DNA of 64,000 nucleotides, taken from contig NC_068990.1 of assembly GCF_001194135.2 (NCBI RefSeq), positions 3,861,524 through 3,925,523 of the forward strand. The letters are read 5' to 3'. Made by a program: the position numbers and the translations under genes. The DNA comes from Octopus bimaculoides. Its lineage: Eukaryota. Numbering within the stretch: the first letter of the stretch is position 1; every line of letters begins with the position of its first letter. The notes beneath the pieces are model-generated. The model was not told the origin of the DNA, did not search any database, and saw nothing but the letters and a program-made list of their open reading frames with translations. This document shows, piece after piece, positions 1 to 13,158 of this stretch.

Positions 1-115
1 GAGGAAGAGGAGGAGGAGGAGGAGGAGGGCGATGGCGATGATGATGATGATAATGATGACGACGACGACGACGACGACGATGATGGTGATGATAACGAAC
101 ACAACAGTGATGTGG
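1..115. repeat. Compound trinucleotide microsatellite (GAG)n-(GAT)n-(GAC)n
   Basis: Direct reading of the repeat units at the window start. Confidence 0.9.
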
Positions 116-424
116 ATGATAATAAATTAAATTATATGGCTTGCTACAATAAATTTGATTTATTTCAGACGAAATAGATTAATCAAATCAATTCTATTTT
201 TCGGTAACTATTGGTCTGTGTATGCATGCACGCATGCATGTGTGTGTGCGTGAATGTGTGTGTGCGTGTGCTTGTGTGTATGTGTGGGTGTGAGCATATC
301 ATCCTTCGTGCAGACATTCTTTCTGCAGGTATACGCACATATGCATAGATATACGTGCATTGCATGAATTGCTTGGTATACCTCTGTTAGTGCGTGTGTA
401 CATATACATGTATACACACATGTA

Positions 425-462
<38 letters not shown>

Positions 463-1104
463 GTATGTATAGGAAAACTATGCGTAAATGTATTATCCCT
501 GTAGTTATTTTGTGAATGCAACGTTAACAATATTTCGCGTTTGTTTATACCCATGTTTACACGTAGATCCACCTACGCACCTGCGTACATTCATATACAC
601 ATATATATATTCAGGCATACTTACATATATTCCAAAAGTTAAGTCTATTTTATGAACTCAGTCACACGTATAGATGTACAAACATATGTATATACATACA
701 TATACAAGTATATACAAATATGTGTATATGTACATATATGTAAGTAAAAATTCACAGATTCAGACACAAAGATCTACATGCACGCATTCATACATGTTTT
801 CATACATGCACGCATACTTAAAACCGTTCATAAATTCATGCATACATGCGTACATGGCAACCCATTTGCTGTCTACATTCATTGAGCAATAAACCGGCTC
901 TCTGTCCATCGGCAAGAAATTTGATAACTACAATAAATACAAACAAAACATTTATATACATTCAGACACTCGTCGAGGCCTATATGAATGCAGAGACACA
1001 GCAAATCAACTTGATTAAAGATACACGAATTATTTCTATTAATATTATTACCAACAAAAGTACCACCTTCCCGCGGCGGTTTTCTGCTGGTTTATATCGG
1101 TATG

Positions 1105-1320
1105 TAAACTTGGAAATCAATGGTAATCTGATAGTGCATGGTCACGGCTGTATGGTGCCTGTGACATCACTTCGCAACCAAGCTCCAATAATCTTTCACG
1201 AGTTAGTAAAGACGTGTGTTGTCTAGTGTTGTCTTGGTGGAACACGATTCCTTTACGATTTGCCAATTCTGGCCGCTTTTTCGTTGATTGCTTCCACCAG
1301 TTTCATTAGTTGTTCACCCA
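1105..1320 (-). mobile_element. Mariner transposase fragment (catalytic C-terminal part), degenerate
   Basis: Minus strand translates EQLMKLVEAIN-KRPELANRKGIVFHQDNTRQHTSLLTRERLLELGCEVMSQAPYSRDHALSDYH, matching the mariner HQDNARPH and PYSPDLAPSD motifs. Confidence 0.85.
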
Positions 1321-1793
1321 TTTTAGATAGACTTGTAACTGGTGACAGAAAATGGATCTGTTATCGAAATGTTAAACGTCGTAAACAATGGCTTGATAAA
1401 AAGGAAAAAGCTCAACCACAACCGAGAAGGGACTTTCATGGGGAAAAGGTTCTTCTCTCTATCTGGTGGGATTGCAAAGGAGTAATTCACTTTGAATTGA
1501 TTCCACCTAATGCAACAATCAATGCTTAAGTCTACTCTCAGCAATTAGAGCGTTTGAACCAAGCTTTGAAGAAAAAAAGACCCGCTTTAGTGAATTGAAA
1601 AGGAGTGATGTTTCATCAGGACAATGTGCGACCCCACACTGCAAAGATCATATCACAGAAGATCACAGAGCTTGGTTAGGAAAAAATTCCTCATCCACCT
1701 TATTCTCCCAACCTTGCTCCTTCAGACTACCATTTGTTTCGTAGTTTACAGAATCATTGGGGGGACATGTGCCAGGACGAGGTCGAAACTGAC
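1318..1793 (+). mobile_element. Mariner DD34D transposase pseudogene fragment, cut by an assembly gap
   Basis: Reads LDRLVTGDRKW...VLLSIWWDCKGVIHFELIP...HQDNVRPHTAK...PHPPYSPNLAPSDYHLFRSLQN with several in-frame stops. Confidence 0.95.
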
Positions 1794-3775
1794 NNNNNNN
1801 NNNNNNNNNNNNNNNNNNNNNNNNNNNNNNNNNNNNNNNNNNNNNNNNNNNNNNNNNNNNNNNNNNNNNNNNNNNNNNNNNNNNNNNNNNNNNNNNNNNN
1901 NNNNNNNNNNNNNNNNNNNNNNNNNNNNNNNNNNNNNNNNNNNNNNNNNNNNNNNNNNNNNNNNNNNNNNNNNNNNNNNNNNNNNNNNNNNNNNNNNNNN
2001 NNNNNNNNNNNNNNNNNNNNNNNNNNNNNNNNNNNTATGTAGATCGATTGAAACACATTTATAAGGTAGGTGTGCTGCATTATTTCACTGGATTTGAACA
2101 TGTAAAAGAAGGAGCAACTACGTCAACATCGATATCGATTAGAATAATAGTATCAGTACCAACGTCAAAAATAACTCCGTAGACACTTTCTTGGAAGAAA
2201 GAGAAAGCATTTTTTTTTATAATAACAGAAATCTGTTACTTTGTGTTTCTTTATGGTATTCTATAAGAACTTGTTCTCTTCTCTGAAAAGAACTCTTTGT
2301 TTTTATTCTGTTAAAGTTAACATATCACTTCCTGAATATATCAACCTTTATATACCCTTACTAAACAAATATAAGCGACATAAGACGCACAGAACAATAG
2401 CTTCGTCCCTTCTCATGTAAATGGAAGAAATGACATGATATAAAATTAAAACACACGAGACTTCACAAATACATGAACGTAAAATGCTTTGAAAAACGCA
2501 CTATTGACTTGGGAAGCTGAGCAACAGACAAAACAGGCTCCGGTCAGTAAAATATGATTTTTTTTTAAAAGTATAATATGATTGTTTTCTTCTGCTGCAT
2601 AATCACTTTGATCTACAAGTAACAAATATTTAATAAAATATCTTTATACGACGTGTGGTTTTTATCGATATGTGAGTTTTTTCTCTCTTTTATTTTATTT
2701 TATATTTTATTTTGTTGGGGTTTTTTCTCTTTGTGGTGACTATGTAAACTAACTTGGTGAAAACATGCTCTAATACGTTTTTAGTACAACTGTTATGTGA
2801 GTTCTTTTGTGATGTGAAAATATATCTTTGCATTTTTGTTTTCGTATATTATTATCACAAAAATATTTAACTCTTATGTTGAATCATGAAACTTGTTATA
2901 TTCCAAGTTTTATTTTGAGTAAAACTTGACAGATATTATTTTTAGTATTTGTCAAAAATTTCGAGGATTTTCAACATTTGGTATTATTTTTCATACGTAG
3001 ACACTCACACACGCGAGCGCGCATGCACGTATACATACATACATACATACATACATACATACATACATGCATGCATACATGCGTGTATATGTATGTATAT
3101 ATATATATATATATATAAATAATATATTTATATGCATATTTGGGTATAGGACGTCACCAACAGTAAACAACATGAAATTCGAAAACAAATGAGTTAAGTA
3201 CGCAAATAACGAGAGAAAAAAAGGACAAGTAATACGAAGAACAACCCTTCATCAGTTGTTGGCTGTCTATCTACTCACCATTTCGAGCAATCAGTGACAA
3301 TATGAGTCTTCGAAGATAGTTGTTCCCATAAATACCAAAATAAAATTTGGGATTTATGAAGGGTCAAAGTTAGGAACAAAAACAGGATAGTAGAGACATC
3401 TAGGGAAACCGAATGAAAACATAATATATAAATAATATATATGTGTGTGCATATAGGGTACATCACATTTCCTACACACTGATTGGTCAGAATACAGTTT
3501 GCAAAACTTAACACTCTGGAGTCTATACAAATGTGTTTAAGGCACACATTTTGGCCATCTCACTGCAGTTGTAAATTGTAAAACATAACTGTCACCACTG
3601 CTGCTGTATCAACTAGTTCGATCAGAATGGACATTTAATATTCTAACATTTCATTATATTATATTATATAATATTATTGTATTATTATATTATTACAAGA
3701 TTGTAAATAAAACGGGGAAATTAGAAAAAGTTGGAATTTTTTGAATAATAATATATATATATATATCAAAAGTAA

Positions 3776-4354
3776 GTCCAGGTATTAGTGCATTATGGCC
3801 CATTCAAGCAGCACCATTTAATCGTTCAATACAAGCATCACACCAATTTGAAAGAAACCGTTCTCCTCGGAAGCATAAGACCATGTAGGTTTTCAACATG
3901 CCGGATAGCCTATTGTAATTTTTTAGCAAATTTTTTTTTCAGAACTAGCGAATAAAATAATTACAATTCTTACTGCTATTATTGTAGCAGAATAGACTTA
4001 GGGAGAAAATACTTAAAGCCTACTATAATTTAGAGTGGCAGAAGAAAATAACAATGGTGCTCACCACTACCCTTTTTGATCCCCCATTGTTATTTTCTTC
4101 TGCCACTCTAAATTGTAGTAGGATTTAAGTATTTTCTCCCTAAGTTCATTCTGCTACAATAATAGCAGTAAGCATTGTAATTCTTTTATTCTCTAGTTCT
4201 GATGAAAAACTTGCTAAAAATTATAATAGGGTATCCTGTATATTGAAAATCTATATGGTCTTATGCTTCCGAGGAGAGCGGTTTGTTTCAAATCGGTGTA
4301 GTGCTTGCATAGATCGATTAAATAGAGCCGGTTGAAATACACTAATACCCGGAC
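3776..4354. repeat. Long inverted repeat (foldback/MITE-like) with ~280-bp arms and a 26-bp spacer
   Basis: 3776-4057 is the reverse complement of 4084-4354, e.g. gtccaggtattagtg/cactaatacccggac and tagagtggcagaagaaaataacaatgg/ccattgttattttcttctgccactcta. Confidence 0.92.
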
Positions 4355-4462
4355 ATCTTTGTTACTTATTTGCTTTATATTCACCTAACTTCGAGCTGAG
4401 CTCAACTTAAGTACCTAATTCAACTGAATCTTAATTATTTATACGCACGCACGCACACACAT

Positions 4463-4510
<48 letters not shown>

Positions 4511-4512
<2 letters not shown>

Positions 4513-4631
4513 TGCACTTATTGCAGTGGTCTTTCAGTTGTTCTAATCCCACAAATGAACTCTGACGGCTGGACCTTCAACCAAGCCTTCCGCAGTACCT
4601 TTAAGAGCAAGAACTTTTCAGCACACTTTCG
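4511..4631 (-). mobile_element. Truncated mariner-derived MITE (TIR plus transposase C-terminal remnant)
   Basis: Minus strand begins TA-CGAAAGTGTGCTGAAAAGTTC (mariner-type terminus) and encodes GLEQLKDHCNKC, resembling a mariner C-terminus. Confidence 0.55.
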
Positions 4632-4639
4632 TATATATA

Positions 4640-4972
4640 AATGTACAAGTAATTTTTATTTGCCTGTCGTGGTACTTAAATGAGAATGAGATGTAAGGGA
4701 ACAATGTTTTTGAGATTCCGGTTCGAATGACATGAGTGTTTTTGTTTCACTTTTGACACGTAATACTTAAATAGTGGAGGAGATATGACGTTGCTGTGGG
4801 CCGGAAGTATGCAAGAAGTTAAATTTTTTTTTTACTAAAACACAACCGAGACCCTAAGTAAAGCATGTGTAAAATTTGAATGAAATCCATTGCGTAGTTC
4901 TGGAGTTTTAGGGATTCACACAGACACACACACACACAGACATACATTCTCAATTTTATATATATATATAGA
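4640..4972 (-). mobile_element. Non-autonomous Helitron-like element, 5' part
   Basis: Minus strand starts TCTATATATATATATAAAATTGAGAATGTATGTCTGTGTG, the typical 5' TC-(TA)n-AAAA end followed by a microsatellite; no 3' end found. Confidence 0.5.
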
Positions 4973-5336
4973 ATATTTGACGCACGTATTGTTTGATCAA
5001 TATCACCGACTTCATCTAATTCCTCTAATTTTATTTCGTTTCAGTTTCTGCATTCAATTTAAGTCCATCTGAGAGAGAACGATCAATTCGACAGAACATT
5101 CCAGGTCGAGACTATTCTGAATTATCTCGTCCATCAGAATTAGTTGAAGTTGATGTCGATGTACTTCTCTATATGGTAAATGAATTGGTAAGTTACATTT
5201 GTCTTGCGCTTTATTTTTGTGAAGTTTTCTTTATGTTGTGTATCATTTAAAAAAAGATGCACGTGGTAGAAATGATGAAGCAACAGATTTAGGCGGATTA
5301 CTAGTAGAATTTACATTGCATTAAATAGAATACCTC

Positions 5337-5590
5337 GGCGACGAGCTGGCAGACAAGGCGACGAGCTGGCAGAATCGTTAACACGCCGGGCGAAATGCTT
5401 AATGGTATTTCGTCTGCCGCTACGTTCTGAGTTCAAATTCCGCCGAGGTCGACTTTGCCTTTCATCCTTTCAGGGTCGATTAAATAAGTACCAGTTACGC
5501 ACTGGCGTCGATATAATCGACATAATCCGTGTGTCTGTCCTTGTTTGTCCCCTCTGTGTGTAGCCCCTTGTAGGCAGTATAAAGAAATAA
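5337..5590 (+). mobile_element. tRNA-derived SINE family A with duplicated 5' head and tail type 3
   Basis: GGCGACGAGCTGGCAGA occurs twice; B-box-like GAGTTCAAATTCC; same body as about 10 other copies in the window. Confidence 0.9.
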
Positions 5591-5597
5591 GAATACC

Positions 5598-5920
5598 TCG
5601 GGTGTTTTTGCCATTCTCAATACCCTGAGTTCAAATCCCGTCGAGGTCATATCTACTTCGAATTCTCTCAGGATCAACATAGAAGAACCAATGTGATGGT
5701 TGAGCCGAGATGTAAGAATGTCGAACTGAATGCCTTGAGGTATTCGTTCCGATTTATTGAGCATTGTTTCAAATCCTGCCAAGGTCGAATTTGCCCTTCA
5801 GCCTTTCAGTATCGATCTAAAAACACGTACTAATTCAAGGCAGTGAAGTAGCGGGACTGAATACCTTGTGGTATTTGTTCCAACTCTGTAATCTGAGTTC
5901 AAATTTCGTCAAGGCCCAAT
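5598..5920 (+). mobile_element. Three older degenerate SINE-A-like copies in tandem
   Basis: Repeated degenerate gagttcaaat(c/t)cc..aggtc cores at about 5627, 5765 and 5895. Confidence 0.6.
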
Positions 5921-6659
5921 TTAGAACCAACAACACACATCTTGGGTGACATTAGCAGAGTCCACTCTGCCACAAACATTCGGGATATGTCTCCAGTTCA
6001 AGATTAGCTTCGTCTGCCACTTTTGTCAATCTTTGAGACCATGTAAAGGACCACGATCACTCCCTTTTTTTCTGAGAAAACGATTAGAAAATACGTCTCA
6101 AAATGTATTCACAACATTTTACGTTCTGATTTCGAATCAGATCGGAGTAAACTTTGTATTTCATCCTTCCTAGATCAACAAAATAAACACCAGTTTAGTG
6201 AAGAAGCCGATTTAATTAGCTGTTGCAACTCCCGCCAAAAATATATTCCGATTGGATGTCAATACTAGACATTTTTACCATGAAAACCCCATTTTCTATT
6301 TTCCAATCCTCGAGTGAGTTGTTTCACATATTCGACATCTCTGTATATTTTAGACATCTATGTAAATTTGTTACAACGATATTTTTTGTTTTTCTAGTTG
6401 AATATATGTTTTCTAAAACATACATATAGCAAGTATAGCTGTATGATCCATCACTTTGCTTTGCTGCCATATGATAGTAGGTGGTATTTCACTGCGTGGA
6501 ACTTAGGTTGCTCAGCTGGAATTTGGTGATGTGGGGAAGATATTGAGTGGTGCTGTGCATGTACATTGCTAAAGAAACTTGTGTCTGTTTGCTTCCGTAT
6601 ATATAACAATATAACTTAGCTATTCGATGAGGGATTTTGACAAAAGTTACCAGACCGGG

Positions 6660-6850
6660 ATGATCGATGTAGCCAATGAAGCTTCTAGCAAATGCAACCA
6701 AACTGTACTTAATCGCAGTATACCATCTTCAAAAATGATGCGTTGGATAATTTGGTCCTCTATTCAACGCATTTAAGTAAAAGACGGGGTGGTTACGTTT
6801 GGAATGTCTTTGATCAAGTGTTTCTCGACCAAGGTTAACCTTAAACAAGT
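6660..6850 (+). repeat. Old interspersed repeat family F, degenerate
   Basis: Shares ctag(c)aaat.gca.ccaaa...ggataat..ggtcc...gacggg.tggt.ac...ggaatg.ctttgatca with copies at 7.7, 14.3 and 30.6 kb. Confidence 0.6.
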
Positions 6851-7544
6851 ATTTAGTATTGGCTGATATGAACGACTGAAGTTCATGAAAGCGATGCCCC
6901 AACATGGTCGCAATTCACTGACTGATATCAATATAAGAGAAAAACAAAGAAAGTTATAAAACTTAAATGGACATGGTCCCACTAAACACTCAATATATTT
7001 ACAGGAAACTGTTTCTAATTCTTGACGGAAAAGCGAAGAAACTTTCAGTCCGTTATTTTGAGTGAAAAACAGCCGATTGAAAAAAGGTTTCCCTTGTGCA
7101 GTAGAGAATTGGAAAACCCATGTCAATATCACTGATTACATATGAGATCATGGATACAGAAGCTAATATGCCATCGAACAACTGTTCTTTTTTTCTTCTT
7201 TTTTTTTTTTTATTTATTCGCACTTTTTGCGACCAAGACAATGACACATCTAATTATTCTCCTTTTGAAGAAAAGCTAATATCCCCTTCGTAAATCAACT
7301 TAATGAATTCTTCAAAAAATTTCCATATCGATTTATTTCTCCCTATGCAGTTCACTACTACCAGTTTCCTCGAATTCCAGGTTTTACCAGATTAGCTCGA
7401 ATCTCCTCAATGTATATAATGCCACACGAGGCAACAGATCTGAAAGAGACCCCTCTCCATCTAGCTGTATATAAGTAGAGGAGGACAGAAACAAGTGTTG
7501 GTTGTAAGCAGTGTCAACATATACATTTTAAGCATCCTTAGATG

Positions 7545-7880
7545 ACTGCATTGCTGAATGAAAGACAGAACCGACGAAGCCTCTACATGGTTGCTGAGCC
7601 AATGAGATAACCTTTACAAGGTGGTCGATCCAATGAGAGAACATCTATGTGAACATTCAACTAAGAAGGGAACCTTTACATGTTTGCTTTAATTGCTATA
7701 AACTTTCAAAAAATAGCAACCGAATTCCATTAATCTATACCTTATTGTCTCAGAAATGGCAGAACATATTTGACAGCGTAGTCTCCCAGTTATACAAAAG
7801 GTCAAGATAGTCGAGGACAGGAAGCCGTTGATCAAAGTTCTGTTTGATGAGAGCTTATCTGAGACTAAATAACAACAACA
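7545..7880 (+). repeat. Old interspersed repeat family F with (AAC)n tail
   Basis: aaatagcaaccgaatt...gttgatcaaag...ctaaataacaacaac; matches other in-window copies. Confidence 0.55.
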
Positions 7881-9516
7881 ATCGTGCCAAGGATAGGCTC
7901 TCCTAAACTGACTAGTTTAGAACAGTGCCTATGATACTCTGAGGAATTCGGAAATGAGTTATACAAACAAATTCTTTCATCATTATAGGATTAATGCGGC
8001 TAATTGTGATAGTTGAAGTATCAAAGATTTGCCAACTTGTTAATCTCTAAGCTATTGGAATTTAATGGATGTTCCCGATTTGTTTATTACATAATAGCAA
8101 GATTTTATTTCGATATATTCTGACGATTCATAATGTTTCAAATATTTCCTGGATAGACAAAACATTTAGGCTTCTTAGTTTTCTTTCTATGTTTCATTTC
8201 ATTTGTTTTGTTTGTTTTTTCTTTTTTTTTTTGCTCATTTGATTTTTGTTTTGTTTCGTTTTCAGAATTAATCAAATCGTAAGAAATATTTGAAAAATTA
8301 ATTAAATTCAATATTTCTGCAACAGTTGATTAAACAGAAGTCATAACAATGCAAATATTAAGAATCAACTGTTTATCAAGATATTTTTCTAATTACAATA
8401 GACAGACAAATAAGCTGTGTATATTGTTGTTGTTATTACTGCTCTGCTGCTGTTGTAACTGTTGTTGTTTTTGTTAATGTTTTTGTTTTTGTTGTTATTG
8501 TTGTTCTTTAACCTCATTTCGAACAAATCATTCCCACTTTGACAGGTCCGTCATTTTAGGGATATTTAGGTCATTTAAAGGAATTAATCAGAGGAAGAAT
8601 GACTACCCGTGGCCTTTTTCAGGGTCTTTTTTGACTTATGATAAGGGAAGGAGGATTTCCCTAGTGGCGGCTGTGGAGATGTTTCAAAGACGTTACAGGT
8701 TGCATCTACTTTCGTACGTAGCATGCAGGGTAACAATATTTGATGTGTCCTCTCCTTTCCCATGACGGTAGGAAGTGATTTCAGAAAGATTCGATTCCCC
8801 TTTCTAATAAATCGATTGATTATATAGATGCAAATTTGTTGAACCATGTCAATTCCGTTGTTTATGTTGTTGTTGTTAATGTTATTGTTGTCGTTGTCGT
8901 TGACGATGATGATGTTTAGTGAAATCGGCTCTGATCAAAGGGCTTCGATGAGCATAGTTATTATATCAAGATTACATTATCTAATTATACCCTTTTGTTT
9001 CTCAAAACTGTAGGGAGTAGCTGCTATTTCTATCATGTCCAGTGACAACATAAGGACACCTTCACTCGCTAGACGGATAAGATGTGTTTGTTGTTCTCTT
9101 TGTATATCAACTCTAAACGAGCGCACCAATGATCAAATACATTTTAGTCGTAACTATCCCGTATTTTCCCTATACAGAAAGAGAGGAGGCCTACATTATT
9201 CCATATGTCCTTTGGTTATTTTCTAAATGGACGTGAGATTTGTTTACTTTTCTCGCAGATCGAACTGTCATCTGTTTGTTTGTTGATTCGCCGGACAAGA
9301 TGCCTAGATGGTAGCATTTTTTTTTTAATTTTCAATTTAATAGAATTAATAAAAATATAAAACCCTCTGTAGAAACAATAGAGTCTTTGAAGTGTTGCTT
9401 TCCAAGGCATAGTTTCTCCTTTCTATGCGAGAATCTCAGATCCCTACTGAGGTCATAGTTTCGATCTATCCTTTTGGGAGATGCTGTTGTTGCTTTTGCT
9501 ACTGCTACTGATGCGC

Positions 9517-9553
<37 letters not shown>

Positions 9554-10857
9554 AGATCATCCTTGGTCGAGCAGATCTATGATCTTTGAGATCAAGTAAA
9601 GAAAGAAATAAAAACACGGGAATGCAGTGGCTACCGAGGCTTTAGCAAAATTAGACCCTGTTTAGGAAAAGGAAAGTTTTCAATAACAACAAAAGTCGAG
9701 TTTTAGAGCAACAGTAATTTTAAGGGTAATTAAAGATGCGAAGAAAGAACGATAGGTGCTGAAATTGTGAAAAATCCGATGAGATGTGAAATGAAGTGGT
9801 AGAGACATATTTATAAAATGTACCTTATCATTTCATTCAGAGGACATAAGTATAATGTCTTAAGAAGGAAATCGTTGGAAAGACTGCGATTCAGAAATTT
9901 AAAAGATATGTAATATAACACAATGCCATGACACTCTTTCCAATATATGCATAATAGACAACTACCGATAAAAGAAGTTGTGGTTACGCCACATAAATGA
10001 ATGGGCGAGGACGAAGATTGTGGGAGGCATGATGTTGGCTGAATCCTGGAATACATGGATGGGGACAGTCGCATCTCTTGCTAGGCAAGTACGGCCTCCT
10101 TAGACTATGGTTTTCATTATGTAGGTCACTTTAATTCTTGCAGCATTATATCTCTTTCTATTAGATATCATTTTATCACCATGTGAACATATGCGATGAA
10201 TAACATAAAGAAGCGATCACGCATTACTCGAGACAAATTCTTGACTTAGAGATTAACAGTATTGTAGATTCGTTTCAGTTGTCTTTTTAATATTCTTGAA
10301 TAGTCATGAATAGCATGAACATCCAATCGTTATTTTCTAAAATATATGGCCTTTCTTTCTGCTTAGAGGGAAAGAAAATAATATCATGCCTGATATTCAT
10401 ATTAATATTCTATGACTATTTTTACTGCCTTAAGTAAAAGATATGATTGATTGGAGTTCTTTTCATCAAGGGATCAACGGGCATTAAGTTTAACTAATTC
10501 TAGTATATTTGCTTCTTTCTTCTTTTATTTATATATCTTTTTTTTATTTTTCACTTCAATACATTCTTCATATTGGTATTAAACTTTTTTATTTTTTTGT
10601 ACTAGCAAAGTTGAAATATAAGGAAGGCGGTTGTGTAGAATTTCTTCCCAAACAATCGATTCTGTGAAACGTTATCCATAGTTAAACCCAATAAATTAAA
10701 GGGTGCAAACGATGACGAAGATAACTGGCAAAGATATTTCATCATTTGAATTTTTTTTTAATGTAATAGCTTTTATGATTGCAATCTTATTCCCCATTTG
10801 CAATTCAGAGGAATTATAATATTTATTCTAACACAAGGGCACAAGTTTGTAGAAGCG

Positions 10858-10975
<118 letters not shown>

Positions 10976-11127
10976 TATCAGTCTTTTGAAGGCTTTCTGA
11001 ACTCGTTACTCTATATCTATTTACAAAACAAGATGTTTCTATAAAAAAAACATTATATTCAACTCGTCTACCATACTCTCTTGAGTAACCAAATGACAGC
11101 AACATGTACTGTCCTGTATATATAAAT

Positions 11128-11959
11128 CTAGCGGTAATACCGTCGTTGATCGGGTAATTACTTTTACTGTTTCTCGGGTCCAGAAGCTAGGAAAATGGGT
11201 ATATCATATGGAAGAATAGCTTTCCGGAATCCAGTTGACTGCGATGGGACTGAAAAGACTGCAAGTCAAGTGAAACACCCATTTGTCACTGTTCCTTTAG
11301 AAGTTTGAATAGGCGGTATGCCAAAGGAGGGGCGAAAGATTCAGTTTGAACGTAAGTGAAGCTATAAGAATAGAAGAATAGTTTCACGGAAGAATAGTTT
11401 CACGGAAGAATAACTTCACGGAATTCATGCGACTGTGCGATGGCACTGAGATGGCCACAGATGAAGTAGAAGACCCATTTGTCATGGTTTCTTTTGACAT
11501 TTGAATAGGCCGTATGCCCAAGGAAAATTGAAAGATTCAGTTTAGAATGTAAACCAGGGTGAGACGACGACTACAGATTTAGTTTCACTTGTCCTGTATG
11601 TGTGAATTACATACGAGAAAAACATGTAATAACTGAAGTAGAAAAAAGATTAATTTCATATGCGAACTTCTGTTTGTTTTTCAAGTTGCAATCCAGCAAC
11701 TTTTAGTGTTTAGCGCTGAGTTTTATTAATGCTCATGGCAAAAGAAAGTGGGATAGGAAACTGTAACGACTAAAATTGCAATGGGATATTAGATGGTATA
11801 ACTGGTATGCGAGGAACGAAGGCAGTGTCACCTTTACTACAACCAGTGAGAATATCCGCCTCAATGCAGTTCCTCATAGATTTGTGCACAATTAGTGTTG
11901 TACCACTGCATAATCTGGGAGAGACAAACGAACAAACACACAAAGGGACAATGTCTCTG

Positions 11960-11999
<40 letters not shown>

Positions 12000-12141
12000 N
12001 NNNNNNNNNNNNNNNNNNNNNNNNNNNNNNNNNNNNNNNNNNNNNNNNNNNNNNNNNNNNNNNNNNNNNNNNNNNNNACCATTCGCTTTCATTTTGGTAG
12101 ACAAACAAACGGACAGAATCTCTCTTTTATATATATATAGA
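11128..12141 (-). mobile_element. Helitron-derived element with PIF1 helicase remnant
   Basis: 5' A|TCTATATATATATAAAAGAG at 12141; helicase PRLCSGTTLIVHKSMRNCIEADILTGCSKGDTAFVPRIPVIPSNIPLQF*SLQFPIPLSFAMSINKTQ at about 11670-11925; 3' hairpin plus CTAG at 11128-11153. A gap at 12000-12077 means it may be two elements. Confidence 0.8.
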
Positions 12142-12944
12142 TAAACTCAATATCTATGCAGTACCTCAGCATTACCGCGGCCCAGTAGCTAAAACAAGTA
12201 AAAGACAGGATAGTAACAATGATTAGTGTCAGCGAAACCATATTTAATACATATGGAGAAGTTCCCTCGTCGGATACCACCATAGATAACAACACCGTCT
12301 TCGGGCAATGTTATTATCTTCAATTGTCTCAAACAACATTAAATATTATACTCTAACACTGTGAATATACAAATCACAGACTACAAATCACGGATGTATA
12401 AATCTTCAAATCAACTCATAAATAATTAATTAATGCTAATAAATCAAGTAATGTTAATTTGATACTAAGAAAGCCGAAGAAAAAAGCTATGACAGGCTCA
12501 AGAAAAAAAAAACTGACCAAATCAGAAACAATAAACGCTGATACATAAGACGAAGACGAAAACCTACAAGTAAATTATTATTAATATATGAACTTGTATA
12601 AACTCATTTAAATAAATTAAATACCAAAGCATTTTAAATGTACTTTTGATTAAAATAGCATGGCACGAATTTGCAGACATGTTGGATAGTGATGCAGATA
12701 TATATGTATGAATGCATTAACTGGGAGGCCAGAAGATCATTAAACAGAATAACCCTCACGTGTAAAAAAAAAAATGGACTAGTTTTTGGCCCCAAAATCC
12801 CAGAGGAAGCTAAAGCACCAAAGTCGAAGTAATCATCACTAGCCAATGAGAGAGAAATGACAAACAACTTGTATGTAACTTTATATACAACCCACTCACA
12901 CATCCTTTGAGTAGCCTCATTAAACCAAATGTGCACTAAATAGT

Positions 12945-13158
12945 GATTTCAAATTTTGGAACAAAGCTAGCAACTTTGGGGCAAGGGTTAAGTCGATTAC
13001 ATACATCCCAGTACTCAACTGGTACTTAATTAATCGATCGCGAAAGGATGAAAGACAAAGTCGACCTCGGCGGAAGTTGAACTCAGAACGAGTGGATGGA
13101 CAAAATGTTCCAAAACCTGCTTCTCGGTGGGCTAATGATCCTGTCAGCTTACCGCCTT
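12945..13158 (-). mobile_element. SINE family A, tail type 1
   Basis: Contains gcaaagtcgacctcggcggaa.ttgaactcagaac-type core on the reverse strand. Confidence 0.88.

Noticed and set aside
3200-3420. CTGATGAAGGG on the minus strand in a repeat-like segment
   Set aside because: No downstream GAAA or stem II partner, so not a hammerhead; the repeat identity is also unverified.
8245-8290. Strong acceptor followed 13 nt later by GTAAGA (possible microexon)
   Set aside because: Not frame-preserving, and poly-T tracts create chance acceptors in this DNA.
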